Source: Stegostoma tigrinum (lineage: Eukaryota). Taken from it: 64,000 nucleotides of DNA. The translations under genes and the position numbers were made by a program. The number at the start of each line of letters is the position of its first letter. The stretch's first letter is position 1. Below, piece by piece: positions 27,195-41,545 of this stretch. Location of the stretch: positions 15,276,421 to 15,340,420 of the forward strand of contig NC_081397.1 of NCBI RefSeq assembly GCF_030684315.1, read 5' to 3'. The notes beneath the pieces are model-generated. The model ran no database searches. It was not told the DNA's origin and saw only the letters and a list, made by a program, of their open reading frames with translations.

Positions 27195-29980
27195 TGTCAT
27201 ACAGTCATAGAGATGTACAGCACTCTTGGGTCCACCTCGACCATAATAATGATATCGTAAATTAATCTAGTCCCATTTACCAGCATTTAGCCGATACCAC
27301 TCTGAACCCTTCCAAATCTTGTGCCCATCCAGAAGCCATTTAAATGTTGTAATTGTCGTATCCTCCACCACGTCCTTTGGCAGTTCAATCCAGTTATGCA
27401 TCACTCGCTGCGAGCTAATGTTGCCCACCTAAGGTTGCTCTTCAACATTTTACCTCTCCACTTAAACCCATGCCCTCGAGTTATGGATTCCTCTACTCTG
27501 GGCAAAAGAACTTGATTATTCACCCTATCCATGCTGCTCATAATTTTATAATCTTCTGGAAGGTCACCACTCGGCCTCCAACACTCCATGGAAAACAAGC
27601 CCCTACAAACCCTGTCTCTTCAGTCTTTCCCCAAAGGCCAAGTCTCCAACCGTGGCAACAATCTTTTAAACATTTTCTGAACTCTTTCAAGTTTAAAAAC
27701 CCCTTCCCATTTTAAGGGGACACCAGACCCGAATGCATTTTCTCAGAAGCTGAACCAATGTTCTGTACATTCATAACATGACCTCCCAAACCACACATTC
27801 AATGCACTGACCAATAAAGGCAAGTGTATCAAACACCTTCTTTGCTGACCTGTCGATCTGTAATTCCATTGCAAGGAGCTATGAACCTGTACTCGAAGAC
27901 CCTTTGGTTTGGCTTCCCTGGAGCTTATTTGGAGTCTGCCAGTCCTGCCCTGATTTTCCCTAACAAAATGTAGCACTTCATGTTTGTCAAGATTAAACTC
28001 CATCTGACAATCCACAGCCCATTGCTCCTTTTGATCAAGGTCCCATTGTAGTCTGAGGTCATACAGCATGGAGAAAGGCCCTTCAGGTCAAATTGGTTCA
28101 TGCTGACCGCAGTGCTGATTCAGCTAGTTCCAATTGCCTGAATTTGGTCTGTGTCCCTCTAAACCCTTGCTATTCAAATGTTTTTTTCAATGTTCCTATT
28201 GTACCTGCCTCAACCACTTTCACTGATTCCACATATGCACCACTCTCTCATGTCCTTCTTAATCCTTTGCCCTCTAGTTTTCAATTCCCTATTCTTGCAG
28301 AAAAAATACACTGTATGCATTCATCCTAACTGTCCTCTGATGATGTAACACACATCAATAAGGTCATACCTCATTCTCCTCTGTTCCAAGGAATAAAGTA
28401 CTCTTCTGGCTTACCTCTCCCTATAACTGAGGCCTCCTTGCCCTGGCAACATCCTCGTAAATCTTCTTTGCACACTTTCCAGTTTAAAAATGACTTTCCT
28501 TTAACAGGATGACCAAAACTGTACATTATCCTCCAAATGTGGCCTTACCAGCAACTTCTACAACTGTAACGTAACTCTTATACTCAATGTTCCAACCAAT
28601 GAAGGCCAGCATGTCAAATGCTTTCTTCACCACCCTGTCCACTTGTGGCATCACTTTCAATGAGCCATGTACTTGTATTCCAAGGTGCCTCAGTTCCACA
28701 ACACTCCTCAGGACCTGAACACTTCCTGTGCAAGTCCTACCTTGGTTTGACTTCCAAAGTGCAAAACCTCACACTTCTCTGTGTTGAATTGCATTTTCCA
28801 ATCCTCAGCTCACTTACCCATCTGATCAAGATCCTTCTGTTATTTTTGACAAACTTCCTCGCTATTAACAATGCCTCTCAATATTGTGTCATTGGCAAAC
28901 TTACTCATCATACCTTGTACATTGACATCCAGATCATTTATGTAAATGACACATAACTAACGTCTCAGCACAGACTCCTGTGGCACACCACAAGTCACAG
29001 GCCTCCAGTCCAAGAAACAGTCTTCAACCATCACCCTCTGCTTCCTCCCATCAAATACATTTTGAATCCAATTAGCCGACTCACCCTGGTAGCCATGCAA
29101 CCGAACCTTCCTTACTGGCCTGCTGTGCAGGACTTAGTCAAAGGCCTTACTAAAGTCCACACAGACAACATCCACTGCCCTACCCTTATCTCTCTGTGTG
29201 GTTACCTCTTTGAAAGTCTCAAAACATTTGTCAGACATGACTTCCAACTCTCAAATCCTTGCAGACTATCCCTAATCAGACATGGAATATCCAAATGTTG
29301 GTTGATCCTGTCCCTCACTATCCTCTCCGCTAACTTGCCTCCCAGTGATGTCAGCTCACTGGCCTGTAGTCCCCTGGCTTGTCTTTGCTACCTTTCTTAA
29401 ACAATGCAACAACATTACCCACCCTCCAGTCTTCCAGAACTTCACCAGTGGCTAAAAAGAAAGCAAAAACCTCTGCAAGGGCCTGTGCAATTTCTTGACT
29501 AGCCTGCCACATCATCCAAGGCTGGACTTGATCAGGCCTTGGGATTCATCCATCTCAATATGCTCTCAGGCTGAAAACACCTCCTCTCTGGTAATATATA
29601 TGCAGTCTAAAAATATCTCCACTTGTTCCCCTTATTTCCTTCGCATCCATGGTTCTCTCCTTAGTAAATACAGAGGAGAAATATTCATTAAAAATCACCC
29701 CCCACCCCAAACTCCTCTGGCACCACGCATAGACCACCATGTTGACCTTTAAGGGGGCCTGTTCTCTCCTGAGCCACCATTTTACTCTTAATATAGCTGT
29801 AGAACCGCTTGGGATTACCTTTTACCTAATCTGCCAGATCCATCTCATACCCTCTTTTTGACCTTCTGATTTCCTTCTGTAGCTATCTGGGGATTCATCA
29901 GAGTCTGATCGCTTAAACGCAATATATTCCTCCTTGTTTTCCGTGAGCAGAGTCTCAGTATCCCTCAATATCTCAGGTCA
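27195..29980 (-). mobile_element. Two or more CR1-like LINE fragments interrupting the satellite
   Basis: Minus-strand RT remnants and 3' tails at ~27200 and ~28060. Confidence 0.85.
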
Positions 29981-31692
29981 GCTTTTGTCACTTCTGTCAA
30001 CTTCTGCTGTCCGAATGTGTATGTTATTAGTCCGTAACATTCAGTTTGTGCTATGTGAAAGTACAGGTGTAATTCTCAATCTATACCGATCAGTTTCTAC
30101 AAAAGAATGTATGAGTGTTGTGACTAGTCCCTACATGTCCATTCTGTTGCATCAATATGAGTGGGCAGGCATTGATCTGTACCTGCCAATTTGTGCTCCA
30201 TGAATATGAGAGTTTAGTTTCTGCAAGGCAGATGCAAGAGTGTAGTTATCTCACTCTACCTGGGGAATATTGTTCTGTGACTATTTGAGTTCAGTTGTCA
30301 CAGTGTACCTACCACATGTTACTTGGTGAATATGAGAGTTTGGTTTTAAATCTGTGACTGTCAGCTTCTCCTTGGGGAGTTTGTTTGTACAATTATCAAT
30401 CTATCCCTGAAAGATTCTGCAGCGTGAATGTGTAATTGTAGTTATCATTCTGTCCATATCAGTCTTCGCTATGTGAATAGGAGTGTATTTACTAATTTGT
30501 TTCCTTCAGTTTCCTGTCATATGAAAATGTGAGGTTAGTTATCAATCTGTTCATTTTTGTCTGCGCTCTGAATGTTTGGCAGCAGTTATCACTCTGTACC
30601 TGTCAGGTTATGCTCGATGAATACATTTTCAGTCAATCCATGACTGTTTCTGTTATAAGAATGCAAGAGTTATTTATCATTCTGTTGCTGCCAGGCTCTG
30701 CTATGTGAATGTCTGATTGCTTTTATCAGTCTTTCCCTCTCAGTTTCTCTGTGCATATGGGAGTGTGGGTATGGGTATCAATTTGTACCTGCCATTTTCT
30801 GGTATCTGAATATGAGAGTTTGCATGTCAATCTGTACCTGTCACCTTCTGGTGTGTCAATATTTGAGTGCATCTGTTCCTGGCAGTTTGTGATACACAAA
30901 GGATGGCAGTGCAGTTATCTATCAGTCACTGTCACTATTTACTGTGTGAATGCATGAATGCAGTTATCCTTACGTATCTGTTAGTTTCAGCTGTGTGGCT
31001 TTGTGAATGCAGTTACCAGTCTCCGCCCGTCAGTTTTTGCTGTGTTAAAATATGAGTTTGATAATCAATCCATGCCTGTGAGTGCGTGCTCTGTGAATGT
31101 ATGGCTGTCATTACCAGTCTCTACCTCAAAGTTTCTGCTGAGTGTGTGTTTCGATATCCATCTGTACCTGTCAGTTTGTCATGTGAATGTCTGACTGTTG
31201 TCATCAATGTGACCCTATAAGTTTCTGCAGTTCAACTATGTGACTGTAGTTATTAACCTGCACCTTCCCATTCCTGCTGTTAAAATCTGAGTGTATTTAT
31301 CTATCTATGCCTGTCAGTTCCTGCGATGGAAAGATATGGCTGTTGTCATCCGCCTTTACCTGTCAATCTCTGCTACGCGAATGAGAGTTTAATTATCAAC
31401 CTATATCTGACAATTTCTATGAGGTTTATGCGAGTGTCAGGCAATATGCTGTGAAACCATGAGTGCTGTTATCAACTTATACCTGTCAGTTTCTGTATTG
31501 TGAATGAGAGGACAGGTATGAATCTTTCTCAGTCACTGCTGTGTGAATATGTGAGTGTGTTTACCAATCTCTCCCTGTCAGATCTGCGCTGCGGACATGA
31601 GAGCATAATTGTTAGTCAGTGCCTGTCATTTTCTGTGACGTAAATGTTAGTGTCATTATTATTGTCTCCGTGTCAGTTTCTGCTGTGTGAAT

Positions 31693-32040
31693 GGGGGAAG
31701 CAATGGCCGAGTGGTGTTATCACTGGACTGTTACTCCAAAGATCCAGATAATGTTCTGGGCACCAGGTTCAAATCCCGCTATGGCAGATGGTGGAATTTG
31801 AATTCAATAAATATCTGGAATTAAGAGTCTAATGATGACCATGAATCTATTGGCAATTGTCAGAAGAAAATAAAAATCATGTCTCTTTGGGCAGGAAACT
31901 GCCATCCTTACCTGGTCCACGCTACATGTGACCCCAGACCCACAACAGTGTAGTTGACTCTTAACTGCCCTCTGGGCAATTAGGGATGGGCAAAAAATGT
32001 TGCCTTGCCAGCAACACCCTTGCCCTGTGAATGAATAAAG
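31693..32040 (+). mobile_element. SacSINE1-like tRNA-derived SINE
   Basis: A-box TGGCCGAGTGG, B-box GGTTCAAATCC, ends TGAATGAATAAAG. Confidence 0.8.
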
Positions 32041-33374
32041 AAATGTGAGCTTACTATCAATCTGTATCTGTCAGGTTTTGTTTTAAGCTCTGTGGCTATG
32101 GGTGTCATTTTCAGTCTCAAAAGTTTCTGCTATTACAATGATTTTAGTTATTGATGTGATGTTAGTTTCTGCCAGGTGACTATTTGAGCAGAATTATCAA
32201 TCTGTAAATGTCACTTTCCAATATGCAAGTATGAAAGTCTGGTTGTCAGACTGTTCTGGCAGGTATATGCAATGTGAATAAAGGGAGTGTAGTTATCGGT
32301 CTGTCTCTGTCAAGTTTCTGTCATGTCAACCTCTGAATGTAACCTGAAAGTTTCTGTAATATGCATGTGTGACTGTAGTTATCAACATGTCCCTGTCATT
32401 TTCTGCTGTGAGAAGGTGAGTGTACTTATCCTTCTAGGTCAGTCAGTTTCTGCAATGTCCATCTGTGAGTTTAGATATCAATTTATCCCTGGTGTTTTCT
32501 GCTCAGTGAATGTGCGTAGTTATCAAAGTGAACCTGTCAGGTTATGCTGTGGGAGACAGAGTGTTATGATCAGTCTGTTCATGACAGTTTTTGCTCTGTG
32601 AATATGTGAGTGTAGATATTGACCTGGACCTTTCAGTTTCTGATTTGTGAATGTATGAGTGCAGTTTTAATTTGTACCTGTTAGTTTCTGCTCTGTGAAT
32701 CTGAGAGCGCAGTCATCAACACAGTCCACACAGTCTGTGTCAAGTGAATGAATGCAATTATCTGTCTCTGTTACGTCTGTTGAGTCCATCGACCTGCACC
32801 TGTCAGTTAATGCAATTGGAATGAAAGCGTATAGTGATCACCCTGTACCTGTCAGTTTGTCAGACTTGACTGTGTGAGTGTTGTTATTCATTGACGCCTC
32901 TCAGTTTCTGTAATATGAAGGTGAAAGTGCCGTTATCAATCCATACTATTCACTTCCTGCTGGGTGAATGTGTGAGTTCATTCTCTGTTTCTGCTATGTC
33001 AATATGACAGTTTAATTATCAATCTGTACATGTCAGTTTCTGTGAGGTGAATTTGTGAGTGCAGTTTTCAACATGTAACAATGAGCTGCTCTGTGAATAC
33101 TTGAGTGTCATCATAAATCTAAACCTGTCAGTTTATGCTGTGTGAAACTGGGAGTGTTATCATCAACCTGTTCCTGTCAGTTTCTGCTAAGTGGGTACCT
33201 GAGTATGGAGATCATTCTCTTCCTGTCAGTTTCTACTCAGTGAATGTGTTTCTGAAATTATCAGTCTGTCCATGACACACTGCTTTGCTACGGTAATGTT
33301 TCCTTATCAATCTGTATTTGTCAGTTTCAGCTCTGAGCATCTGAAAGAGTAGTTATTAAGGTTTGTAATTCATA

Positions 33375-34220
33375 CAGGTCAGGTACTCAACTACAACAGC
33401 AATCATCCCAAGAACCACAAACAAAGCTGCATCAAAACGCTGTTCAAGTCAGCCACAATACACTGTCACACCCGGAGCTGTGTAGAGCCAAGGAAGAACA
33501 TTGATACAGTGTCTTTAGAAGTGATAGTTACCTGAAAAGCGTCATTGCCAATAACTACAAAACAGATGACAACAGAAAGACACAACATGTCCAGAGACAC
33601 TAGTCACCCTGCCATACATTAACGGCATACCAGAAATGACCACTAGATGACACCGCCCAGTAGGAATCATGGTAGGCCACAAACGGACAGCTACTGATGA
33701 GAACAAAGGATCCGCAAACCATGACCGACAGAACCAACGTTATTTACAAGATATGAAATGTAAAAAGGAGTTAAGTTATTTACAAGATTATGAAGAGATC
33801 GTCGTTACCATCACACAGGGTAAACCGGTAGGAAATTAGCCTTCAGGATAAACACCAACTAGCTACCAAGAGACATGACCAACTATCACTCATCTAAATG
33901 TACACGGACAAAGACGGACACCAATTTGACTGGGACAACGTAGGCATACAAGGAGAAGCCAACCAAAGACATGCACCAGAATTCCTAGAGGCTGGCACTC
34001 AAACTGGAACTCCATTAATAAACATGTCAAGCTGGACTCCATGTACGAAGAGACAAATCCAGAAGTGATGCCACCCACCCCAGCAAACCGAGGCACATAA
34101 ACAGCAAGTAGGACAGAACACCACTGCTTCACTGGAGGCGCACTGATGATGTCACGTAGGATGATGACAAAATGTCTGTAAACAAACTTACAAGCTTGGC
34201 AAGCAAGTCAGCAAAAGCAT
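33375..34220 (+). mobile_element. Penelope-like element 3' fragment (second family) ending in a decayed hammerhead
   Basis: Reads 'VLNYNSNHPKNHKQSCIKTLFK' (RT thumb-like) and 'WHSNWNSINKHVKLDSMY' (endonuclease end-like); 34141-34178 = ca-CTGATGA-t-GTCA-loop-TGAC-aAAA-tGTC-tg. Confidence 0.78.
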
Positions 34221-34426
34221 AGTTATTAATCTGACCCTGACAGTAACTGCAATGCAAATGTGACTGCAATTATCAACTTCTATCTGTCAGTTACTGCAAT
34301 TTTGAATGTTACTGTTATCAATCTCAGTTTCTACTTGGTGACCATGTGAATACGCTTATAAGGACCAGCCAGATTCTGCTCTGTGAATATCAGAGTAGTT
34401 ATCAAAATGTACCTGTCAGTTTATGC

Positions 34427-36066
34427 CATAGAACAATACAGCGCAGAGCAGGCCCTTCGGCCCTCAATGTTGCGCTGACCTGTGAGCTAATCTCAGCCCA
34501 TCCCCCTACACTATCACATTATCATACATATTTTTATCCAAGGCCAGTTTAAATGCCCCTAATGTGGCTGAGTTAACCACATTGGCAGGCAGGGCGTTCC
34601 AGTGCCTTAAACACTGAGTAAAGAACCTGCCTCTAACATCTGTCTTATATCTATCACCCCTCAATTTGTAGCTATGCCTTCTTTTGCAAGCTGATGTCAT
34701 CATCCTCAGAAAAAGACTCTCACTGTCCACCCTGTCTAATCCTCTGATCACCTTCTATGTCTCTATTAAATCGCCTCTTAGCCTCCTTCTCTCCAATGCG
34801 AACAGACCCAAGTCCTTTCGTCATAAGGCCTTCGCTCCAGACCAGGCAACATCCTGGTAAATCTCCTCTGCACCTTTTCCAATGCTTCCACATCCTTCCT
34901 GTAATGGGGCGACCAGAACTGTACGCAATATTCCAAATGAGGCTGCACTAGTGTTTTGTACAGTTGCAACATGACATCACCACTCCGGAACTCAATCCCT
35001 CTACCAATAAAAACCTAACACACTGTACGCCTTCTTAACAGCACTATCAACCTGGGTGGCAACCTTCAGGGATCTATGTACATGGACACCAAGATCCCTC
35101 TGCACATCCACACGACCAAGAATCTTTCCATTGACCCAGTATTCTGCCTTCCTATTATTCTTCCCAAAGTCAATCACCTCACATTTATCCACATTGAACT
35201 CCATTTGCCACCTTTCAGCCCAATTCTGCAGTTTATCCAATTCTCCCCGCAACATTCTTCCACACTGTCCACCACTCCACCGACCTTAGTGTCATCTGCA
35301 AGCTTACTAACCCATCCACCTAGGCCTGCGTCCAATTCATTTATAAAAATGACAAACAGCAGTGGTCTCAAAACAGATCCTTGAGGCACATCACCAGTAA
35401 CTGGACTCCAGGCTGAATATTTTCCATCAACCACCACTCGTTGCCTTCTTACAGAAAGCCAGTTTCTAATCCAAACTGCTAAATCTCCCTCAACCCCAAG
35501 CCTCCGTATTTTCTTCAATCGCCTACCATGTGGAGACTTACCAAAGGCTTTACTGAAGTCCACGTACACCACATCAACTGCCCTACCTTCATCCACATGC
35601 TTGGTCACCTTCTCAAAAATACTCGATGAGGTCTGTGAGACATGATCTGCCCTTGACAAATCCATGTTGACTATCTCCAATCAAATTGTTGCTTGCTAGA
35701 TGATTATAAAACCTCTCTCTTATAATCCTTTCCAAAACTTTTCTTACAACAGACACAACGTTCACAGGTCTATAATTGCCTGGGTCATTCCTACTGCCAT
35801 CCTTGAACAAGGCCACAACATTTGCAACCCTCCAGTCCTCTGGTACTAAACCTGTAGACAATGAGGCCTCAACGATCAAGGCCAAGGGCTCTGCCACCTC
35901 CTCCCTAGCTTCCCAGGCAATCCTCGGAAAAATCCCATCCGGCCCAGGGGATTTATCTACCTTCACACCTTGTAGAACTGATCTCACTTCCTCCTTACTC
36001 ACCTCAATCCTTTCAATTCTAGTAGCGTGTAATTCAGTCTTCTCCTCTACAATATTCTCCTTTTCA
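34427..36066 (-). mobile_element. CR1-like LINE, 5'-truncated, relatively young
   Basis: 'KSPGPDGIFPR..NYRPV', 'DFSKAFGK..VPQGSVL..LADDTK', 'YKTLVQPHLEYCVQFWSP'. Confidence 0.95.
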
Positions 36067-36978
36067 CGTGAAACTGGGAAAGCTGGCTCCAGCATCTGCA
36101 ATTCTTGCTATCTTCAAGGTTATTTTCAAACTTTTCCTGTCAGTTGCTTCGATATGGAAATGTGCATGTACAGCAACTTGTATCTCAAAGTTTCTTCTCT
36201 GTCAATTTGAAAGTAAACTGATGTATCATTATGTACCCATGAGAATCTACTTTGCAAATATTTGAGGACAACGATCAAACTGTGCCTGTCAGTATTTTTC
36301 AAATCTGCGGATATGTGAGTGCAGTTACAAATTTGTACCTATCACTTCATGCTTTGTGAAATTGAGAGTGTTATCATCAATATGATAATGTGGATATGAC
36401 AGCGTAGTTATTGTTCAGTTGCTGTCAGTTTGCTGTGTGAATGTGAGCGTGGTTATTAATGTGTGCATGCCAGTTTTGGCTATGCGAATATTTTCATCAA
36501 TCTTTACCTGTCAGTTACTGCAAAGTCAATATGAGAGACTCATCAATCTTTTTTGGTCTGTTTGCATAATATGAATCTGAAAGGTTAGATATCGATCCAT
36601 GTTTGTTGCTTTCTACTTCTAAAAGTGGTTTAATTGTCAGCAATCAGTAATTTTATGGGTTGAGATGTGATTCATAATGTGATAGATGTTATTAGAGTCA
36701 TTTTATGTAGATTTTCTTCAATTTCTGCGTGTATACTTTGGACAAGGAGGTCTATCCACCTTAAAAATGGTGTAAATATCAATGGGCTATGAATGGTGAA
36801 ACTTATTGGAACTGGGCATTTTGAATGGAGAGCAAAGAAAAATAAAATTGCATTTTTTATGTGCTGTCTTACTGTTGGTTTGAACAGATCTGTTGGAAAT
36901 TAAGCTCAATGTGTGACTGACTCGATCCGCTCTGTGACTGTAGAAAGGATGTTCTCTACTCTGACAGTGGGAACATAC

Positions 36979-37086
36979 CTGCTGTTTATTATAATGAGCT
37001 GGTCACACTTGGCTTTGATCTGAAGCAATGTTACATTGTCCTGGTCCTTCCAGTGTTTGTCTGTAGGAAGACGGAACAGATAGCTC
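36979..37086 (-). other. Candidate 108-nt exon (paralog of 41950-42051)
   Basis: TTTACAG| acceptor and CAG|GTATGT donor; exon and flanks homologous to the second copy. Confidence 0.45.
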
Positions 37087-40000
37087 CTGTAAACCAACAT
37101 CAGTTGGGTTTGACAATATTTAACTGATCAATGCAACATTTTGCTAATAGTCATTTGGATATTTTGTTTATCACCAGGAATTCTAACATAACTATGGGTC
37201 AGATTCCAGTCTTGCACTGAGCTGCTTCTTGTCTAATAATTTTTAATGACATCAACACCATTTGAGTGAGGTCTCAAAAGTAACCAAAACCTGCACAGCT
37301 CCATGACTGCATCTACCTTAGACAAACCTGTCTGTGGATATGAGTTTAGTTATTGATTTATTCGTGTCAATTCCTACTTGGCGAATGTGAGAGCGTTGTT
37401 GTCAAATTTGGTAAATTATTTATGTATTACACAGCAGAGACTGACAAGGACAGAATGGCACAGATCTCTAGACTGACTTAAACGATCCAGCACAGAAGGC
37501 ATCCATGTGGCTCATCATGTCCATGCTGACCCGAACAACACCAGACAGCCATCACCATCCCATTTTCCTGCACACATCCCATAGCCCTGCAGCTTACAGA
37601 ACTTACGGGGGAGGTTCAGGTTGCTCTTAAAAGAGTTCGTGCATTGTGTATTGGCATCATCTCACTGCATTCGTTGTTGTGTCAGAAAATCAGTTTCCTC
37701 AAGTCCTTAATTGCATGAATAAGGAGAATACCTGGTGCTGCCTATTTGGTCTTCTCTGTTACTTGTTTCTTCCATTCACAGGTACAATTTCTGTATATAG
37801 GAATTACTTCTCTACCTGTCAGAATGTGCTATTCAATGGGGCTGCAGGTTTCAGTCCATTGCCCGTTAAAATTAGACAGACAGTCAACACAGACCAGCGT
37901 GATTATTTTGTGAAGAACTTGGAAAATAAAATTTAACACTCAGGACTAGGGCTGCTCTCATGTGCAAATTCTCAGAATTCATCTGAGAGTTTTTTTGAAA
38001 AGAGCTGTTGTGATGAAACAAGATGGACAGCCACACTCAATGGATCCTGTTTCACTCTTCCTGCATTATGCGACTGAGCGGTGTAAATGTTTCCTGTAAA
38101 TTGGAGAACCATTTACCACAGTGGGAGAGGAGAGAGTTTTCAAGTCATCTCTCCTGTAGTGAATGGGAAAGACCGTATGTTCTTCAGTTGTTTGAGCGTG
38201 TAGCTTTCACAGGCAGATGAAAATGCAGGACATTGCAATAGTATGAGTGTTGGCTTTTCTTCAGAGTTGAGGAGGGAAAAGGAACGGACCTTTGCAACTG
38301 CTATATTAGAGTCCAAACAGCAGTGGTGATATCAAGGGACATCTTCGAGTATGATATGAGTATTGAGTATTGATATGAGTATTGTTTCATATTGCATAGT
38401 GACATACGTTTTGGAATACTGAAGTAAAGGTATTAATTTAATATGTTATAGCCAAAGAGAAAGTGCCATGAACAAATCAACTGCATTGCAGCTGACTGAT
38501 CACAATGTTCCTTGTGCAGGAAAGAAAATTGGCTTATTTACTTCTATTTTATTTTGTGGCTCAGACATTACCCTTGCTGTGTGGGGAGGAAGAAGACAGA
38601 ATTTTTATTTTCTGTCATGCAGTGGAGAAAACTGCAACAGTCAAACTAAATTTACTGAAGAATAAACATTGCTGAACTCTCCTGGCAAACAAAAAAAAAG
38701 GAGAATGTTTACTATCTACCTGATTTGGCCAAATCCTTCTTTCTCCACTGTTTTGAAGAATGGCTTTTTATTGTGTTCCTTATTTGAGAAAATGGCAACT
38801 AGTTTTCTATTGTGTGAGATGTAATACTTCAAAGGGAGTGTCATGTGGAACACAGGGCTATTTGAATAATATTTAAGCTAATTAGAAAAAAAAACGTCCA
38901 TGATTATAAAGTCCTCCTGCTTAGGACAGAATAAAAGAAAAATATATTTCTGCTCGGTGACAAAACTGACAACTATCCGGCAATAAAGGTAGGGATGGTA
39001 GTTCCTCTACCACCATGATATATTGATGGAAATTGAATGCTGGCTGAATGGATGTAGAATTGTTGCCTCGTTGTTTCTAACCAGTACAGACTCAGTGAGA
39101 GACAGGACTGTTTTCTGTGTCGCAGATGTCTATGACTGTATATGTGTGAGTGATAATCATTTTGTGTATATCATTTTCTGTTAGCTGGAGTTTAAATGGA
39201 ACTCCACAGTTGTTAGTCCTTGCATCATATCTGTAGTTATGGCGTTTGCGCTTTGAACTAATTCTGGATCAGTCAGTACCTATGTCGGTCAGTCCATCCA
39301 CATGGAGACAAAGCAGAGTTAATATTATGGGACCTGTGACACTTCTTCAGAACACTCATTTCTCTTCACAGATGCTGCCAGACTTGCTGAGGTTTTGCGG
39401 CAACTTCTACTTTTGTTTCTGATTCCTATCAGCTGCAGTTCCTTGATTTTTCTATTTGTCAGGCTTTGACACTAAAAATGCATGTGGAATTCACGTCATT
39501 TATTTGTTGTGTTTATGTATGGGATTAATATTTATCAAAGGAGCAATTCTGTCCTGATCAGTTATTGGTCAACTAAACTTAAGTATCATTCATCATTTAT
39601 TTCGTTGACTCATGGTGACTGCAGTATTTCCCACATCTGTATTAAACATCGATCTCTAAGAAGACTGTTGAAACAATGTAACAGTGATCATCTGGATTGT
39701 AACTTGAAAAATATGCTTAATAAACATAGAAACTGAATTCAGTCAGAAACTGAATTAAATCTAAAACTGACAGACTGATTGAAAAAGACATTTATATATT
39801 CAGACAGCCATCCCTACCTCTCTTTTCTGCAATGTCGATATGTGAGTTTAGTCATCAATCTGTTCATGTTAGTTTCTGCCACGTGAATGTTTGAGTGCAG
39901 TTATCAGTTTGTATCTGTTGGTTTCATGAGCAGTTCATGAGAATTCTGTCACAAAATCCAACAGTTTTTTTCTTCTGAGGGAGCGACCAAATGATATTTA

Positions 40001-41104
40001 GTTTATGACCACAGCAATTACCATGGATTTAAATGCACGGGAATTGGATGCCTTCGCTCACATTCGGTACTGTTTGTCTCTTATGAAAAGGTAGCTCTCT
40101 GATCTGAAATCCATGAGGAGAAGCAATTTTGAATGTTACATGCTCTGAGGCTTGCAGTGTATTTGATCTTCATGCCTGGTACATGTTTAGCACATGTCAG
40201 GGCCGTGTATGTATTTGCAAGTCATTGTAAACCACTGTCGTGTGTATGTTGAGAGTGTGTTTGTGGTGAGACTTTGAGAGCGAAAAAACACATGCACTCA
40301 ATAAGCATTCTCTGTCAGGCTTTGACACAGGATGTGTGCATTTAAACGTCACATTATTTAATTGTCCTGTCTCTGTCTGGAACATGTGTTGGTCAAATGA
40401 TTAATACTATCCTGCTCAGTTACTGATGTGAATGTTTCCATCCACATCTGTACTCATTACCTACTTCACATCTGGTTGGCGTAACTATGCAATGGCATGA
40501 ACTAATTATTCACCTTTAAAAGGAATGCTTCGTGCACCTTGTTCTGATATAGGAAAGCCTCCGGAGACTAATTAACATCTCTATTTGAAGCTTTCCCCCA
40601 AATGCTTTTAGTGACTTGTGTTTTATTATGTGCATATATTTCTCGATTTCATCATAATTATCGGAAGAGTCTTTAAAAGTATTTCTTAATACTATGAATA
40701 ATATGAAAGAAACAACAAATTGCTGCATAATGGCCTTATCTGCTGTTTTCATGAAATTCTAGGCTGACTGTCATCTGGGATCATTCACATCCCTTGCCCT
40801 AACCAACTCTGTTCACCCGAAGGGACAATATCCTTTCATTAATGAGATTGGAATTAATCATGGCTGTAATTTGATGAATGTGTTTGATCCTCTGGTACTT
40901 ATGCAAACCATTAGTTCATCTGTTTGTTCTTGCAGGAGCTTACTATCCCCTTCAATGTTTGTTCCAAATCTTCAAACTGTCTCGCACAAACCTTCTCGCA
41001 GTTGTTCATACAAATGCTCCCTCTTGTGTCAGAATAACGTCTTCTCTTCTAATAGTAATACCTGTAATTTTTTATTCATTCACAGCATGATGGTGTTGCT
41101 GTCT

Positions 41105-41420
41105 CAGCTTGCATTTATTGCCTGCACCTAATTGCCCAGAGAGCAGTTCAGAGTCAACCTCATTGCTGTGGGTCTGGAGTCTCACGTAGGCCAGACCAGG
41201 TAAGCATGCCAGTTTCCTTCCCTCAAGGAAACAAGTGAGCCAGATGGATTCTTTTTCCTGACAGACAATGGACTCATTGTCATCATTAGATTCTTAATTC
41301 CAGATCTTTATTGAATTCAAATTCCGCCATTTGCTGTGGGGTGTTCGAAACCATGTCCCCAGAATGTTGTCTGGTCTCTGCATTAACAGTGCAGTGATAC
41401 GACCACGAAGTCAATGCCTC
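41105..41420 (-). mobile_element. SacSINE1-like SINE
   Basis: Reverse complement of the 31693-32040 family. Confidence 0.75.
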
Positions 41421-41444
41421 CCAGATCTGGTGGCCTTTGTTCAG

Positions 41445-41545
41445 AACTGAGGAAGCGTACCAGGCCTGAAACATTAACTCTGATTTCTCATCACAGATGC
41501 TGCCAGACCTGCTGTGCTTTTCCAGAATCTTCTCTTTATTATTTG
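41445..41545 (+). mobile_element. PLE-derived mini-element (third subfamily) with decayed hammerhead
   Basis: CTGAGGA (41447)...GAAACATTA (41468) followed by the CACAGATGCTGCCAGACCTGCTG arm also seen at ~10176, ~39368, ~45490 and ~45600. Confidence 0.6.

Larger units (their letters stand above)
29985..36600. repeat. Ancient degenerate tandem repeat, ~47-49 bp unit, interrupted by SINE, PLE and CR1 insertions
   Basis: Recurrent approximate consensus GTGAATATGTGAGTGTAGTTATCAATCTGTACCTGTCAGTTTCTGCTCT; main block 29985-33360, resumes 34220-34425 and 36100-36600; outliers near 27080-27200, 37330-37400 and 39830-39930. Confidence 0.88.

Noticed and set aside
29985-33360. Regularly spaced motif resembling a CRISPR array
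   Set aside because: Whole units are homologous with no unique spacers, there are no cas genes, and the context is vertebrate; it is a decayed satellite.
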